Shown here: in pieces, positions 1-9,105 of the stretch | Layout of the letters: each line of letters begins with the position of its first letter | Numbering within the stretch: position 1 is the stretch's first letter | NCBI GenBank assembly: GCA_910584255.1 | Contig: CAJTXV010000006.1 | Span: 1,280 to 65,279, forward strand | Direction: 5' to 3' | DNA: 64,000 nucleotides | DNA from: an uncultured Bacilli bacterium | GTDB lineage: Bacteria > Bacillota_I > Bacilli_A > RF39 > UBA660 | The notes under the pieces: generated by a model | Databases searched by the model: none | What the model was told of the DNA's origin: nothing | The model's input: the letters and a program-made list of their open reading frames with translations, nothing else | Translations under genes and position numbers: made by a program

Positions 1-1933
1 TATTTCCATGAACAATATCATCATCTGAAGTATTCTTAGAACTGAAATTAAATTCAGGTTTTACTTCAATAATTGGTGTTACTGGTGCAGGTTGAGTTGG
101 TTCCTCTTTTATTCCTTCCTTCTCATCATCTTTTCTTCTCTTCCATAATAGGAATAATAGTAAGAATAATAGTAATCCGATAATACCAGAAATAATTCCA
201 AATTGTAGAGGAGATAGACCTAAAATTGTGTTTTTCTTAGCTTCTTTTTCTACATTAATTGTATAATATTTTGTAAATCCATTCTTATCAGTTACTTTCA
301 CTAAAACAGTATTTTTACCCTCTTTTAGATTATCATTACCAATAATTTCATATTTAGAATCTGGATCTTTAGTAACTGCTTTAATATCCAATTTATCTGT
401 TTTTCCATCTACTTTTAAATCATACTCTAATGTATTTGAATCAAAGCTTGGACTTAATGTTCCATTGGTTACCGTTAATTCTTTTAAGTCTGTTTTTCCA
501 TTTTGAGTACTACGAGTAACATTCAAAGTATAAACACGGACTGTTCCATCTTCTGCTGTTACTTCAACTTCGACAGTATTCATTTCTCCAACTAGGAAAT
601 TACTGTTTCCATTGACTTTTACTTTTGCATTTGAATTATTTGTAACATAAGTTAAATCAAGTTTATCTACTTCATAAGGTACTGTTACAGAATAATTGGA
701 GGTATTTTTATTAAATTTTGGACTAATTTCATGTGATGAATTAATAATTAAATCTTTTAAGTAATTGTCTGATGATTTAGGTTTAGGTGTAGATGTATTA
801 TTTGTTTTAGCTGCCTCCCTAGTTACATTGACAGTATATGTATTTACGTTACCATTTTCTGCAGTTACTTTGATTGTAACAACATTCACTCCTACTTTCC
901 AGTTTCCATTACCAGAAACTTCAACACTTGATTTTCCACTATTAGGAACTGCATTTACATCTAAACCTGTAATATTATTTTTAACAGTGATAGAATACGT
1001 ATTTACATTACTCTTAAATGTAGGTTTTAATGTATAGCCACTAACATTTAAGCTTTTTAATGTTGCATCTCCATCTTTTGCTGGTTCATTTTGTTTTTCT
1101 TTTTCAATATTAATTGTATATGTTTTTTTCGTTCCATCTTCTGCGGTTACTATAACTGTAGTTGTTGTATTATCACCAGTTAAATTAACATTCCCAAGTC
1201 CTGCGACGGTTGCCTTTCCATGATTTGCACTACCCTCTATTCTTACATTGGTAGCACTACTTGGTACTTTAATTGTGTAATGATCTGTATTTGGTGAGAA
1301 ACTTGGACTTAAATTATATCCACTCACTCCTAAACTCTTTAATGTTGCGTCATTACTCTTTTGTGCAGGTGGCGTTGGTGTACTTGGATTCGTTGGTGAT
1401 GGCGTCGGTGTACTTGGATTTGTTGGGGTTGGTGTACTCTTTTTTGGAACAATTTTAATTTTAAGCGGTACCAAATTGGCTGGAAATTTGTTATCCATAT
1501 CTGATATTCTCAGATCATTCATTGTAAGTTCTGTTTCACCCTCTTTTAGTGCTTTGAACTTAAAACTCATTACTTTCGTTGGTCCACTACCTGTAATTCC
1601 ATTCGTCATATCATTATCAACACCGCCAATTTTATAATTATTTTTGGTATTGATTGAAACTGGATATGGTGCTCCATCTGATGAGGCAGACACATATTCT
1701 AAATAATCTTTATCAAAGACTACATATCCTCCAATACTTACGACACCACCCACTGTATCAATTACATTCGAAACATTTAAATTAAATGTTACCTCTGTGC
1801 CAACCTCTACTTCTGTTTTTCCACTAAATCCAACAGTCGCTGCTGCTGCTGCATTTACTGGAATTGCAAAACTAAACGTTGACCAAATGAGTGCAAAAAT
1901 AATTAATAAATTTAAACTCTTATTCTTTTTCAT
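1..1933 (-). CDS. Membrane-anchored surface protein (3' end runs off the window): signal peptide, cohesin-like module, Pro/Thr linker, 4 cadherin-like beta-sandwich repeats, TM helix, charged tail
   Basis: Absent from the ORF track because the frame is open to position 1. My own minus-strand translation starts at ATG 1933-1931 (AGGAGG 4 nt upstream). It gives MKKNKSLNLLIIFALIWSTFSFAIPVNA then ATVGFSGKTEVEVGTEVTFNLNVS...VVFDKDYLEYVS...VMSFKFKALKEGETEL (cohesin-like, ~1448-1840). A TPTPTNPSTPTPSPTNPSTPTPP linker follows, then four ~85-aa repeats ending TAEDGTKKTYTINIEKE / TAENGNVNTYTVNVTRE / TAEDGTVRVYTLNVTRS / TDKNGFTKYYTINVEKE. The TM segment is ILGLSPLQFGIISGIIGLLLFLLLFLLWKRRKDDE (~140-225). 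Confidence 0.75.
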   Translation of the reverse strand, partial: MKKNKSLNLLIIFALIWSTFSFAIPVNAAAAATVGFSGKTEVEVGTEVTFNLNVSNVIDTVGGVVSIGGYVVFDKDYLEYVSASSDGAPYPVSINTKNNYKIGGVDNDMTNGITGSGPTKVMSFKFKALKEGETELTMNDLRISDMDNKFPANLVPLKIKIVPKKSTPTPTNPSTPTPSPTNPSTPTPPAQKSNDATLKSLGVSGYNLSPSFSPNTDHYTIKVPSSATNVRIEGSANHGKATVAGLGNVNLTGDNTTTTVIVTAEDGTKKTYTINIEKEKQNEPAKDGDATLKSLNVSGYTLKPTFKSNVNTYSITVKNNITGLDVNAVPNSGKSSVEVSGNGNWKVGVNVVTIKVTAENGNVNTYTVNVTREAAKTNNTSTPKPKSSDNYLKDLIINSSHEISPKFNKNTSNYSVTVPYEVDKLDLTYVTNNSNAKVKVNGNSNFLVGEMNTVEVEVTAEDGTVRVYTLNVTRSTQNGKTDLKELTVTNGTLSPSFDSNTLEYDLKVDGKTDKLDIKAVTKDPDSKYEIIGNDNLKEGKNTVLVKVTDKNGFTKYYTINVEKEAKKNTILGLSPLQFGIISGIIGLLLFLLLFLLWKRRKDDEKEGIKEEPTQPAPVTPIIEVKPEFNFSSKNTSDDDIVHGN

Positions 1934-2154
1934 ACTTCCTCCTACTGGTTTTTAAATTTATAGTAGGTAATAAATTCATATCACTACTAACCCTTTATTC
2001 ACTTTTTATTAACATGTAATATCAACTGAAATACTAATACAATAATGATTTCTTCCTCTATAATCCCTCCTATTATATATATTAGCATACTCTAAATGTA
2101 ATTAAAAGTGTTTTCTATATCATTTTACCTTTTTATTAGATTTTAATATATTTA

Positions 2155-2194
2155 TAGCGCTATCTATTATAAAATTTTAATAATAGTAGCGCTA
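2155..2194 (-). terminator. AT-rich long hairpin 3' of the dockerin-protein gene (weak terminator call)
   Basis: tagcgctatctattat (2155-2170) pairs with ataatagtagcgcta (2180-2194) with one bulge and a 9-nt loop. It lies ~40 nt after the stop at 2237. There is no clean U-tract. Confidence 0.3.
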
Positions 2195-2236
2195 ATGACA
2201 TATTATCTAATTATTCATTTGTATTTGCATTTATTT

Positions 2237-5200
2237 TTAGTATAAAAGAGAATTTCCTAAGTAATGATTGATTACTTTTACTGAATCAAACATATCAATA
2301 TCTCCGTCACTATTTACATCTGCAGCTTCTTGATAAGCTCCACTCAGTTCTTTAAATCCTAAATAATGGTTAATTATTTTTACTGAATCAAACATATCAA
2401 TATCTCCATCTCCAGAAGGGTCTCCCTTGATTACAATATATTTACGATCTTTTTCCTCTCCATCAATCATTAATTTTACAATCATTCCTGTTGCAACGGG
2501 ATCAGTATCCGCAACTTGACTAGTTTCATCTGCTGTCCATATTTCTAGATATTCATTGGGATTATCTAATTGATCTTTCATTTCACTACCAGTTGTATAT
2601 AATTTTACTGTTTTAATGAAATCATTTTCAATTGTATGTCCAAAAGTTACTGATGTAATCTTATCTGCAATGTCATTTTCTCTATTGATTGTTACTTTAT
2701 ATGTTTTTTCTGTTCCATCTTGTGCAGTTACTAAAATTGTTACTATGGTTTCTCCACTAGCAAGTGGTGAAAGACTTAATATGTATGGTGAAGTAACTGT
2801 TGTTCCATTTACTTGTAATGTAGCTGTAGAATCTTCTGTTGTAGCAGTAATATCCATACTTGTAACTGTACGATCTACGTCTACTGTGTATTCTAATTTT
2901 GTTTTTTCAAATGTTGGATCTAATGTTCCATTGTTTACTGTAAGACTACTTAGGAATGCATTATCTGACTTTACTACTGTATAGTTAATTGTATATGTCT
3001 TATTTGTCGTTCCATCTGCTGCCGTTACTTTTACTTTTACTGAATTTGCACCAAGTGTATTTGGAATTGAAATAATATTGCTTGTTTGAGAAGTACCAGT
3101 TGTATCAATATACTCTACTTGAGAAGTAAGATTTGTTGGTGTTGCGTTGATTTCTAATTGAGTCGTTCCATAAATTACATTTCCAATATTATAAGTTTCA
3201 TCTGCTGGTACAAAGTTTGGTGATAATGTATGGTCTGTTACACTTAGACTTGCTAGTGTTGCATCATTACTCTTTGCTTCTTCAATTGTAAATGTATATG
3301 TTTTGGTAGTTACCCCATCCTCTGCACGAGTTGTAATTTGAACTGGACTATCTGCTAGAGTATAAGTACCTTCTCCATATACGTCTGTAGTTGATACATT
3401 AGGTGTTGCAGCGATAGTGAAACTTGTTGTTCCAATTGGAAGCGTAATCTTATAATTTTCATTAGCTGGTACAAAGTTTGGTGATAAAGATCCACCTGTA
3501 ACAGTTACACCAGATAATGTTGCATCCGTTGATTTTGGACGAATTACTTTAATCGTATAAGTTTTTTGTGTATGTCCATCTTCTGCAGTTACATTGATTT
3601 CATAGAAATTATCAGTCGTTGTAGATAAAGTTAAAGCTGCATCTTTTACTACTGCTGCATTTCTATCTACTGGGATTGCTGTAATTTCATTTGGTGATAA
3701 AGTTTTTTTAGTCTCATCTACTGTAATTTCATAATCAAATGTATCTCTATCAAAAGTTGTATTTAAAGTTTGTCCACTGATTACTAAAGAGCTTAATCTT
3801 GCTTCGTCATTTTTTTCTCTTGTAATCTTAATGATATAAGTCTTTGTATCTCCATTTTGTGCTTTTACTGTTACTTCAAATGTATTTAACCCTGTTTGTA
3901 ATGCTTTATTTCCTGTACCAGTAACAGTTGCATCTGTATCAGATTTTGTAGCACCAATTTGAATACTTGTTTTTGAATTATGAACATTCGTTAATGTATA
4001 TTCTAACGTATCTTTATTAAATCCAGGAACGGTTGTTCCATCTACTGTTAAATCTGTTAAATCATTATCTGTTTTTTGTGCTCTTACTACTTTAATTGTA
4101 TAGTCATTGAAAGCACCTGATTCACTTTTAACACGAATTGTAACTGTGTTATCTCCTACATTTAATGAATGATTTCCTGTACCACTAATAATTTCAGCAC
4201 GAATATCTGTTAAGGTAGCAGCTACATCAATAGATGCAATGTTTCCTGGAACATTTACAGTATAAGAATTAGTTCCTGGTGCAAAAGTTTGATTCCAAGT
4301 TCCTACATCAGTTCCATCTGAAGTAATTGAAATGCTATCTAACGTATTTATAGTAGATTTTTCTCTTTCTACGACTAATGTATAATCTTTGGTAGTTGTT
4401 CCATCTTCTGCTGTTACTGTTAAAGTAATATTTTTTGTACTTTCAGTAGCTCCCATTGTATGAGTAGTTCCATCTACTGGTGAAATTGTAGAAGTTGCTA
4501 GAATTTCAGTCGTTAAAGTGAAGTCAGTTGTATTAGCGGGTACTGTAATTTTACAAGTGTCACCACTCATAATACAACTTCTACTGCTATCTGCTCCAAT
4601 ATTTAAAGTTACTTTAGAAAGTGTTGTTGAAGTAGATGCTTCTCTTGTAACTAATACAGTATAAGTTTTTGAATCTCCTGATTCGCTTTCTACAGTAAAT
4701 TGATAAGTGTTTACTCCTGTTGTTGATAAAGAAATTGAATTTCCTTTGGTAACGGTTGCTCCATCCCCTACTGTAACAACTACATCACTTGGATCTAATG
4801 TCGTTTGTCCATTTGGAAGAGTTACTTCGTAATTACCCTCACTATTTAATGTAGGTGTTTTTCCTGCAATTGTTAATCCATGCACAGTGTTATCACTGTT
4901 TTTGTCACGTTCAATGTTGATTATATATTCGTTAAAGTCAACCCCATTTTGAGCAGTAACTTTGACAACAATCTGATTAGGTCCAGTTGATAAGTTTACT
5001 GTTCCATCTCCAGTTACTGTTGAATTTGTATCTGTTTTGGCAGCTCCAACTGTAACTGATGTTTGATTGTAAGGAACACTTCCTGAAACTGTATAGGTGA
5101 ATGTATTTTTGTTAAATCCAGTAACGGTTGTTCCCTCAATAGTTAAATCATCTAATGTTGCAACATTTGATTTTTCACGAGTTACCGTAATTGTATAAGC

Positions 5201-7300
5201 TTGTTCATCTCCATTTTCTGCTTTTACTGTGATGGTAACTGTATTCGTTCCAAATTGTAAGTTTGTATTTCCAGTAATTGATTTAATTGTTGCTCTTGGT
5301 GCATCTTCTGCGACTGCGTTTACTGTAACGCTATCAACATTTGAAGCTACTGTTGCTGTATAACCGAAAGTTGTTTTTACAAATGGTTCGTTTAAAGATG
5401 CTTCATCCATTGATAAACTTGATAAGAATTTGTTATTAGATTTACTACGAGCAAATGTAATTGGATAAACTTGAATTGTACCATCTTCAGCAGTTACAAT
5501 TACCGATGCGGATGTTACTGTATTTCCGAAATTTGCAGTTGCTGAATTTAATTGTGGAGTTCCCGTTGCAGTAGGATTACTTGTAGTATCTACAATTGCT
5601 ACTTGTGCTTTATCAGTATCTGCTACCGTGGCAGTTACAGTCACTTGTATAACTGTTGCATCATAACTATAAGTATATCCTGTAGTATTGGTATTTGAAA
5701 AACTAGGTGACATTGTTCCTTGTGGAGTACTTGTAATTGAAAGACTTGCAAGTTTTACGTCATTTGATAATCTTTTTACTTTGATTGTATAGGTATCTTC
5801 TGTTCCATCTTGTGCTTTTACTACAACATTGAAAGTATTATCTCCAACATTTAAGTTAACGCTTCCAGTACCACTTTTAATTGTTGCTTTTCCAGTATCT
5901 TCAACAGTTGCTCCAATTGTCATAGTAGTTTTTGAATTAGATACATCAGGAAGTGTATATGTTTTAGTTGTTTTTATAAATCCAGGAACAGTAGTTCCAT
6001 CGACTGTTAAATCACTTAAGAATTTATTGCTAGAGGCTGCTTCTCTTGTAATTTCAATTGTATAGTCTTGATCTGTACAACTATTTCCTGGTACACTTCT
6101 ATACTCTGTTTTACAGTTTTCTGCTTCTACTTTTACTATTTTTGTATTTTTAGTAGTTCCTGTATCGGTTAAATTCCATGCACCTGTACCACTTTTTACA
6201 GTTGCATTAGTGTGAGTAGCTGTTGCTGAAACTGTAGTACTTGTTGTTGTATAAGGTACAGTTGCAGTATAAGTATATTTTCCTGCTTGTAAGGATCCAA
6301 TTGAAATTGAATTTGTTAAGGTTAGACTAGTTAGAGTTGCATCATTTGATAAACGATATACATTTACTGTATAAGTTTCTGTATCCCCATTCGCAGCTGT
6401 TACAACGATATCAAAATTATTATCTCCAACACTCACTGACTTTGTTCCAAGTCCTGCAGGTAAAATAGTCGCTCCGCTATCACTTGCTGTAGCCGCTAAA
6501 TCAACAGAAGTAATATTATTAGGTACAACTGCTTTATAAGATGTGTTGGTAGCATCTCCTGGTGTAAATGTTGGATCTAAAGCATAAGTTGTTGATCCAT
6601 TTGTTACAGTTAAAGTTTTTAAACTGGCATCATTAGATGTCTCTGCTTCTGGAGAAGTTAATGTCATATTTGATAATGAATAAGGTCTTACTTGATCTCC
6701 ATTGTCATCAGAAAAATCCGTATCTCCTGGTTCATCTCCCAAAGTTAAGGTAATATCTTCATCCGCACTTACATCATCATTTAATTTTAAGAATACATAC
6801 CCTAACTCTGTATCTTGACTAATCGGAGTCATTGTATTCGCGGTATCCTCTATATAATAACTGATATCACCAGGGCCTCTAACATTAAACAAGGTTGCCC
6901 AAGTTCCTCTTCTTCCTGATTTTGGAAATTGATCTTCGTCAAAAAAATCGTCTCCTTCTTGTACAAGTGGTGTCCACTTTGTAGAGTCATAACGAAGGGT
7001 TGCATTTAATGCTACTACATTATGAGAATCCCCTGGACTATAATTTAGGATTACCATTACAGTAGTTCCAGGTTTTACCGTATCTCCATCTGCAATCGTC
7101 TCAGTGAGATTTCCTGCTAAGTAATCATCCATACAGGCATAATAGATATCCTTACCTGTTTTGTCAGTATAATTTTCTACAGGACATACAACTCCGCTTA
7201 AGCTAAGTTTATGCTCTGCTGCTGCAAATACTTGATTTGGTAAACTTAATGCAAACATTAAAACCATGCTAACTAATAAATATTTTAATTTCTTGTTCAT
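2237..7300 (-). CDS. Giant secreted surface protein (1,687 aa): signal peptide, N-terminal beta-sandwich (cohesin-like?) module, 14 cadherin-like beta-sandwich repeats, C-terminal type-I-like dockerin
   Basis: 5,064-nt ORF with signal peptide MNKKLKYLLVSMVLMFALSLPNQVFA. I count 14 repeats of ~85-95 aa, each ending in the ...TA(E/Q)(D/N)G...(T/D)Y(T/I)(I/V)xVxR signature (ETYTVNVYR, DTYTIKVKR, QAYTITVTRE, KTYTVLVTRE, KTYIIKITRE ...). This is typical of the 'Cadherin-like beta sandwich' family. The tail is a duplicated Ca-binding dockerin (next feature). Confidence 0.85.
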   Translation of the reverse strand: MNKKLKYLLVSMVLMFALSLPNQVFAAAEHKLSLSGVVCPVENYTDKTGKDIYYACMDDYLAGNLTETIADGDTVKPGTTVMVILNYSPGDSHNVVALNATLRYDSTKWTPLVQEGDDFFDEDQFPKSGRRGTWATLFNVRGPGDISYYIEDTANTMTPISQDTELGYVFLKLNDDVSADEDITLTLGDEPGDTDFSDDNGDQVRPYSLSNMTLTSPEAETSNDASLKTLTVTNGSTTYALDPTFTPGDATNTSYKAVVPNNITSVDLAATASDSGATILPAGLGTKSVSVGDNNFDIVVTAANGDTETYTVNVYRLSNDATLTSLTLTNSISIGSLQAGKYTYTATVPYTTTSTTVSATATHTNATVKSGTGAWNLTDTGTTKNTKIVKVEAENCKTEYRSVPGNSCTDQDYTIEITREAASSNKFLSDLTVDGTTVPGFIKTTKTYTLPDVSNSKTTMTIGATVEDTGKATIKSGTGSVNLNVGDNTFNVVVKAQDGTEDTYTIKVKRLSNDVKLASLSITSTPQGTMSPSFSNTNTTGYTYSYDATVIQVTVTATVADTDKAQVAIVDTTSNPTATGTPQLNSATANFGNTVTSASVIVTAEDGTIQVYPITFARSKSNNKFLSSLSMDEASLNEPFVKTTFGYTATVASNVDSVTVNAVAEDAPRATIKSITGNTNLQFGTNTVTITVKAENGDEQAYTITVTREKSNVATLDDLTIEGTTVTGFNKNTFTYTVSGSVPYNQTSVTVGAAKTDTNSTVTGDGTVNLSTGPNQIVVKVTAQNGVDFNEYIINIERDKNSDNTVHGLTIAGKTPTLNSEGNYEVTLPNGQTTLDPSDVVVTVGDGATVTKGNSISLSTTGVNTYQFTVESESGDSKTYTVLVTREASTSTTLSKVTLNIGADSSRSCIMSGDTCKITVPANTTDFTLTTEILATSTISPVDGTTHTMGATESTKNITLTVTAEDGTTTKDYTLVVEREKSTINTLDSISITSDGTDVGTWNQTFAPGTNSYTVNVPGNIASIDVAATLTDIRAEIISGTGNHSLNVGDNTVTIRVKSESGAFNDYTIKVVRAQKTDNDLTDLTVDGTTVPGFNKDTLEYTLTNVHNSKTSIQIGATKSDTDATVTGTGNKALQTGLNTFEVTVKAQNGDTKTYIIKITREKNDEARLSSLVISGQTLNTTFDRDTFDYEITVDETKKTLSPNEITAIPVDRNAAVVKDAALTLSTTTDNFYEINVTAEDGHTQKTYTIKVIRPKSTDATLSGVTVTGGSLSPNFVPANENYKITLPIGTTSFTIAATPNVSTTDVYGEGTYTLADSPVQITTRAEDGVTTKTYTFTIEEAKSNDATLASLSVTDHTLSPNFVPADETYNIGNVIYGTTQLEINATPTNLTSQVEYIDTTGTSQTSNIISIPNTLGANSVKVKVTAADGTTNKTYTINYTVVKSDNAFLSSLTVNNGTLDPTFEKTKLEYTVDVDRTVTSMDITATTEDSTATLQVNGTTVTSPYILSLSPLASGETIVTILVTAQDGTEKTYKVTINRENDIADKITSVTFGHTIENDFIKTVKLYTTGSEMKDQLDNPNEYLEIWTADETSQVADTDPVATGMIVKLMIDGEEKDRKYIVIKGDPSGDGDIDMFDSVKIINHYLGFKELSGAYQEAADVNSDGDIDMFDSVKVINHYLGNSLLY
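2240..2428 (-). other. Dockerin module (two EF-hand-like repeats) at the C-terminus of the 1,687-aa protein
   Basis: GDPSGDGDIDMFDSVKIINHYLG - 16 aa - DVNSDGDIDMFDSVKVINHYLG. Each half has the 12-residue D-x-(S/N)-x-D-G-x-I-D-x-x-D calcium loop followed by a helix, as in type-I dockerins. The DNA shows the matching ~30-nt near-identical repeat tttactgaatcaaacatatcaatatctcc. Confidence 0.75.
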
Positions 7301-7455
7301 AATAACAACTCCAATCCTTCTTTTATCTTAATTCGACTATAGCAAACAATTTGACAACTGACTAGATTTTTTATGCAAAACAGATGTAAATAGTTGTCAA
7401 AAATTGTAAATTTCTATCCATAAGTAATCTTTTTACATTTTTTTGACTGTTATAT

Positions 7456-7503
7456 AAAAAAGAACCTATTAGGTTCTAGAATTGAAAAAAGCACGACGCG
7501 TGC
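7456..7503 (-). terminator. Two tandem rho-independent terminators after the 7507-8007 gene
   Basis: On the minus strand: gcacg-cgt-cgtgc followed by TTTTTT (7485-7503), then agaacct-aat-aggttct followed by TTTTT (7456-7477). They separate the small gene from the giant dockerin gene. Confidence 0.55.
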
Positions 7504-7506
7504 CTT

Positions 7507-8007
7507 CTATTGTTTATCTTGATTTTCTTTTTTAGCTTCATCTGTTTTTTCTGGTGTCTTTGTTTTCTCTTGCTTCTTTTCACTTTCGAATCCACAAACA
7601 AGATTTACTTCAATTTTATATGACTCTTTATTATAGGGTGACTGTGGATAAATAATTGCTTGTGTTTTATCCTTATCACAAGATTTATTTGTTTTCTTAT
7701 TTACAAATTCTTTTAATATTTCTTCACTGTCTTCGCCTTTGTAACGAGCAAGAGTTCCTAAATCAATTTTAATTCCAATGGTTTCAAACTTCTTTAGAAT
7801 CGTATTTTTTTCTTCTCCTGAGTTTTCAACTTGCTTATAATAGAGTTCTTCATAGAATTCTTTCCCCATTGTCTCTATTTTTTTCTTTAATTCTTCCTCT
7901 TGGGAAAGTTTTTTACCAAATGGGTTTAAAACTACAATCAGAACAACAAGAATTACTACTAAAACACTCACAATTATAATTAATATGTTTTTATTTAATT
8001 TTTTCAT
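7507..8007 (-). CDS. Small N-terminally membrane-anchored Lys/Glu-rich protein, function unknown
   Basis: 166-aa ORF with a single N-terminal TM helix (ILIIIVSVLVVILVVLIVVL) and a charged C-terminal tail. No motif recognised. Confidence 0.55.
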   Translation of the reverse strand: MKKLNKNILIIIVSVLVVILVVLIVVLNPFGKKLSQEEELKKKIETMGKEFYEELYYKQVENSGEEKNTILKKFETIGIKIDLGTLARYKGEDSEEILKEFVNKKTNKSCDKDKTQAIIYPQSPYNKESYKIEVNLVCGFESEKKQEKTKTPEKTDEAKKENQDKQ

Positions 8008-8265
8008 AACTACCTACCTACCTTATAGTTCGATTATAACACATTCTTTTTTAAAAAGACAAGGCTTTGATTATTTGAGTTTCGGTTTTCTACGAAAAAC
8101 TTATGTAAAATTATAAAAGTTTCTGAATTTTTAATAAAATGTTCCAAATTTTATAACAAAAAAGTGAATCTGTGGATAACACATTTTCACCTTTTCTTTT
8201 TTACTAAATTTTACTGGAACTCAAATTTGATTAAAGAAAAAGAAAGATTGTTCAATTTTTCCTTT

Positions 8266-9018
8266 TTAGAACCAATTTTTAAGTTTTAAAACAAAGTCCT
8301 TTAATATTTTTTGAACTGTTTCAGTATGAAAGTTACTTTTAGCAAGATTTATTTGGATTGGACTAGGTGTTGGCATTGTCTTTGCTACTTCCACTTTTAC
8401 TTCTTGTTTCTTTTCTTCTACTTTGACTTTTTGTTGTGGTTTCTCATTTACAGGTTTTACTTCTGTTTTTTCTAAAACTGTTTCTTCTTTTTGTGGTTCA
8501 TTTACTACTTCGTTTAAGATTGTATTTTCTGTATCCATGACTACTTCTTCGTTTTTTTCAATTTCCACGGTCTGATCCAATACTGTTGTAGTAATATATC
8601 CCATGCTATCCGTTAATTTGGCTCTTTCTAAAGTAATATTAGTGATTCCTTCTTCTAAGGCTTTAAATGTGAACTCATAGACTGTTGTAGTATCATAAAA
8701 TCCATTTCTTAATGTAAAGTCTAGACCTGCAATCATCATTGTATTGATATTCATTTGAAACTGATATGGTTTTTCCATTGCTTTTGAAGAAACAAATTCT
8801 AACTTTTGATTATCAAATGATAAATGTCCTCCCATACTAACTACACCATCATAAGTATCGTTAATATCAGATACTTGTAAACTTACTTTAAAAGTATCTC
8901 CAATTTGCACCTTGTTTTCTGATACTAGACTTACATTGGCTGTTCCTTGCGCTTCTACTGGCACTGCTGTTAATAATAAACTTGCTAAAATCGTGCTAAA
9001 TAAAATTTTCTTTTTCAT
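8266..9018 (-). CDS. Secreted protein with N-terminal cohesin-like module and Lys/Glu/Pro-rich tail
   Basis: Signal peptide MKKKILFSTILASLLLTAVPVEA. Then ANVSLVSENKVQIGDTFKVSLQVSDINDTYDGVVSMGGHLSFDNQKLEFVSS...VYEFTFKALEEGITNITLERAKL, the same layout as the module in the 1-1933 protein and as cellulosomal cohesins. Confidence 0.65.
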   Translation of the reverse strand: MKKKILFSTILASLLLTAVPVEAQGTANVSLVSENKVQIGDTFKVSLQVSDINDTYDGVVSMGGHLSFDNQKLEFVSSKAMEKPYQFQMNINTMMIAGLDFTLRNGFYDTTTVYEFTFKALEEGITNITLERAKLTDSMGYITTTVLDQTVEIEKNEEVVMDTENTILNEVVNEPQKEETVLEKTEVKPVNEKPQQKVKVEEKKQEVKVEVAKTMPTPSPIQINLAKSNFHTETVQKILKDFVLKLKNWF

Positions 9019-9105
9019 CCCTTATTCCCCCTAAGTTGCTGCATATTATACCATAAATTGGTAAATTCGTCAATAGTTTATTATTATTATTTGATAACGT
9101 TTCCA

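Noticed and set aside
1370-1445. Tandem DNA repeats ggtgtacttggatt(c/t)gttgg as a possible regulatory or phase-variable repeat.
   Set aside because: They are in frame within the 1-1933 gene and encode the Pro/Thr linker (TPTPTNPSTPTPSPTNPSTPTPP). The repeat units are imperfect, so slipped-strand phase variation is unlikely.
200-7300. Regular ~250-290-nt periodicity that could be mistaken for a repeat array or CRISPR-like structure.
   Set aside because: The periodicity is at the protein level (diverged cadherin-like domains). There are no short identical direct repeats with unique spacers and no cas genes. No CRISPR array is seen anywhere in the window.
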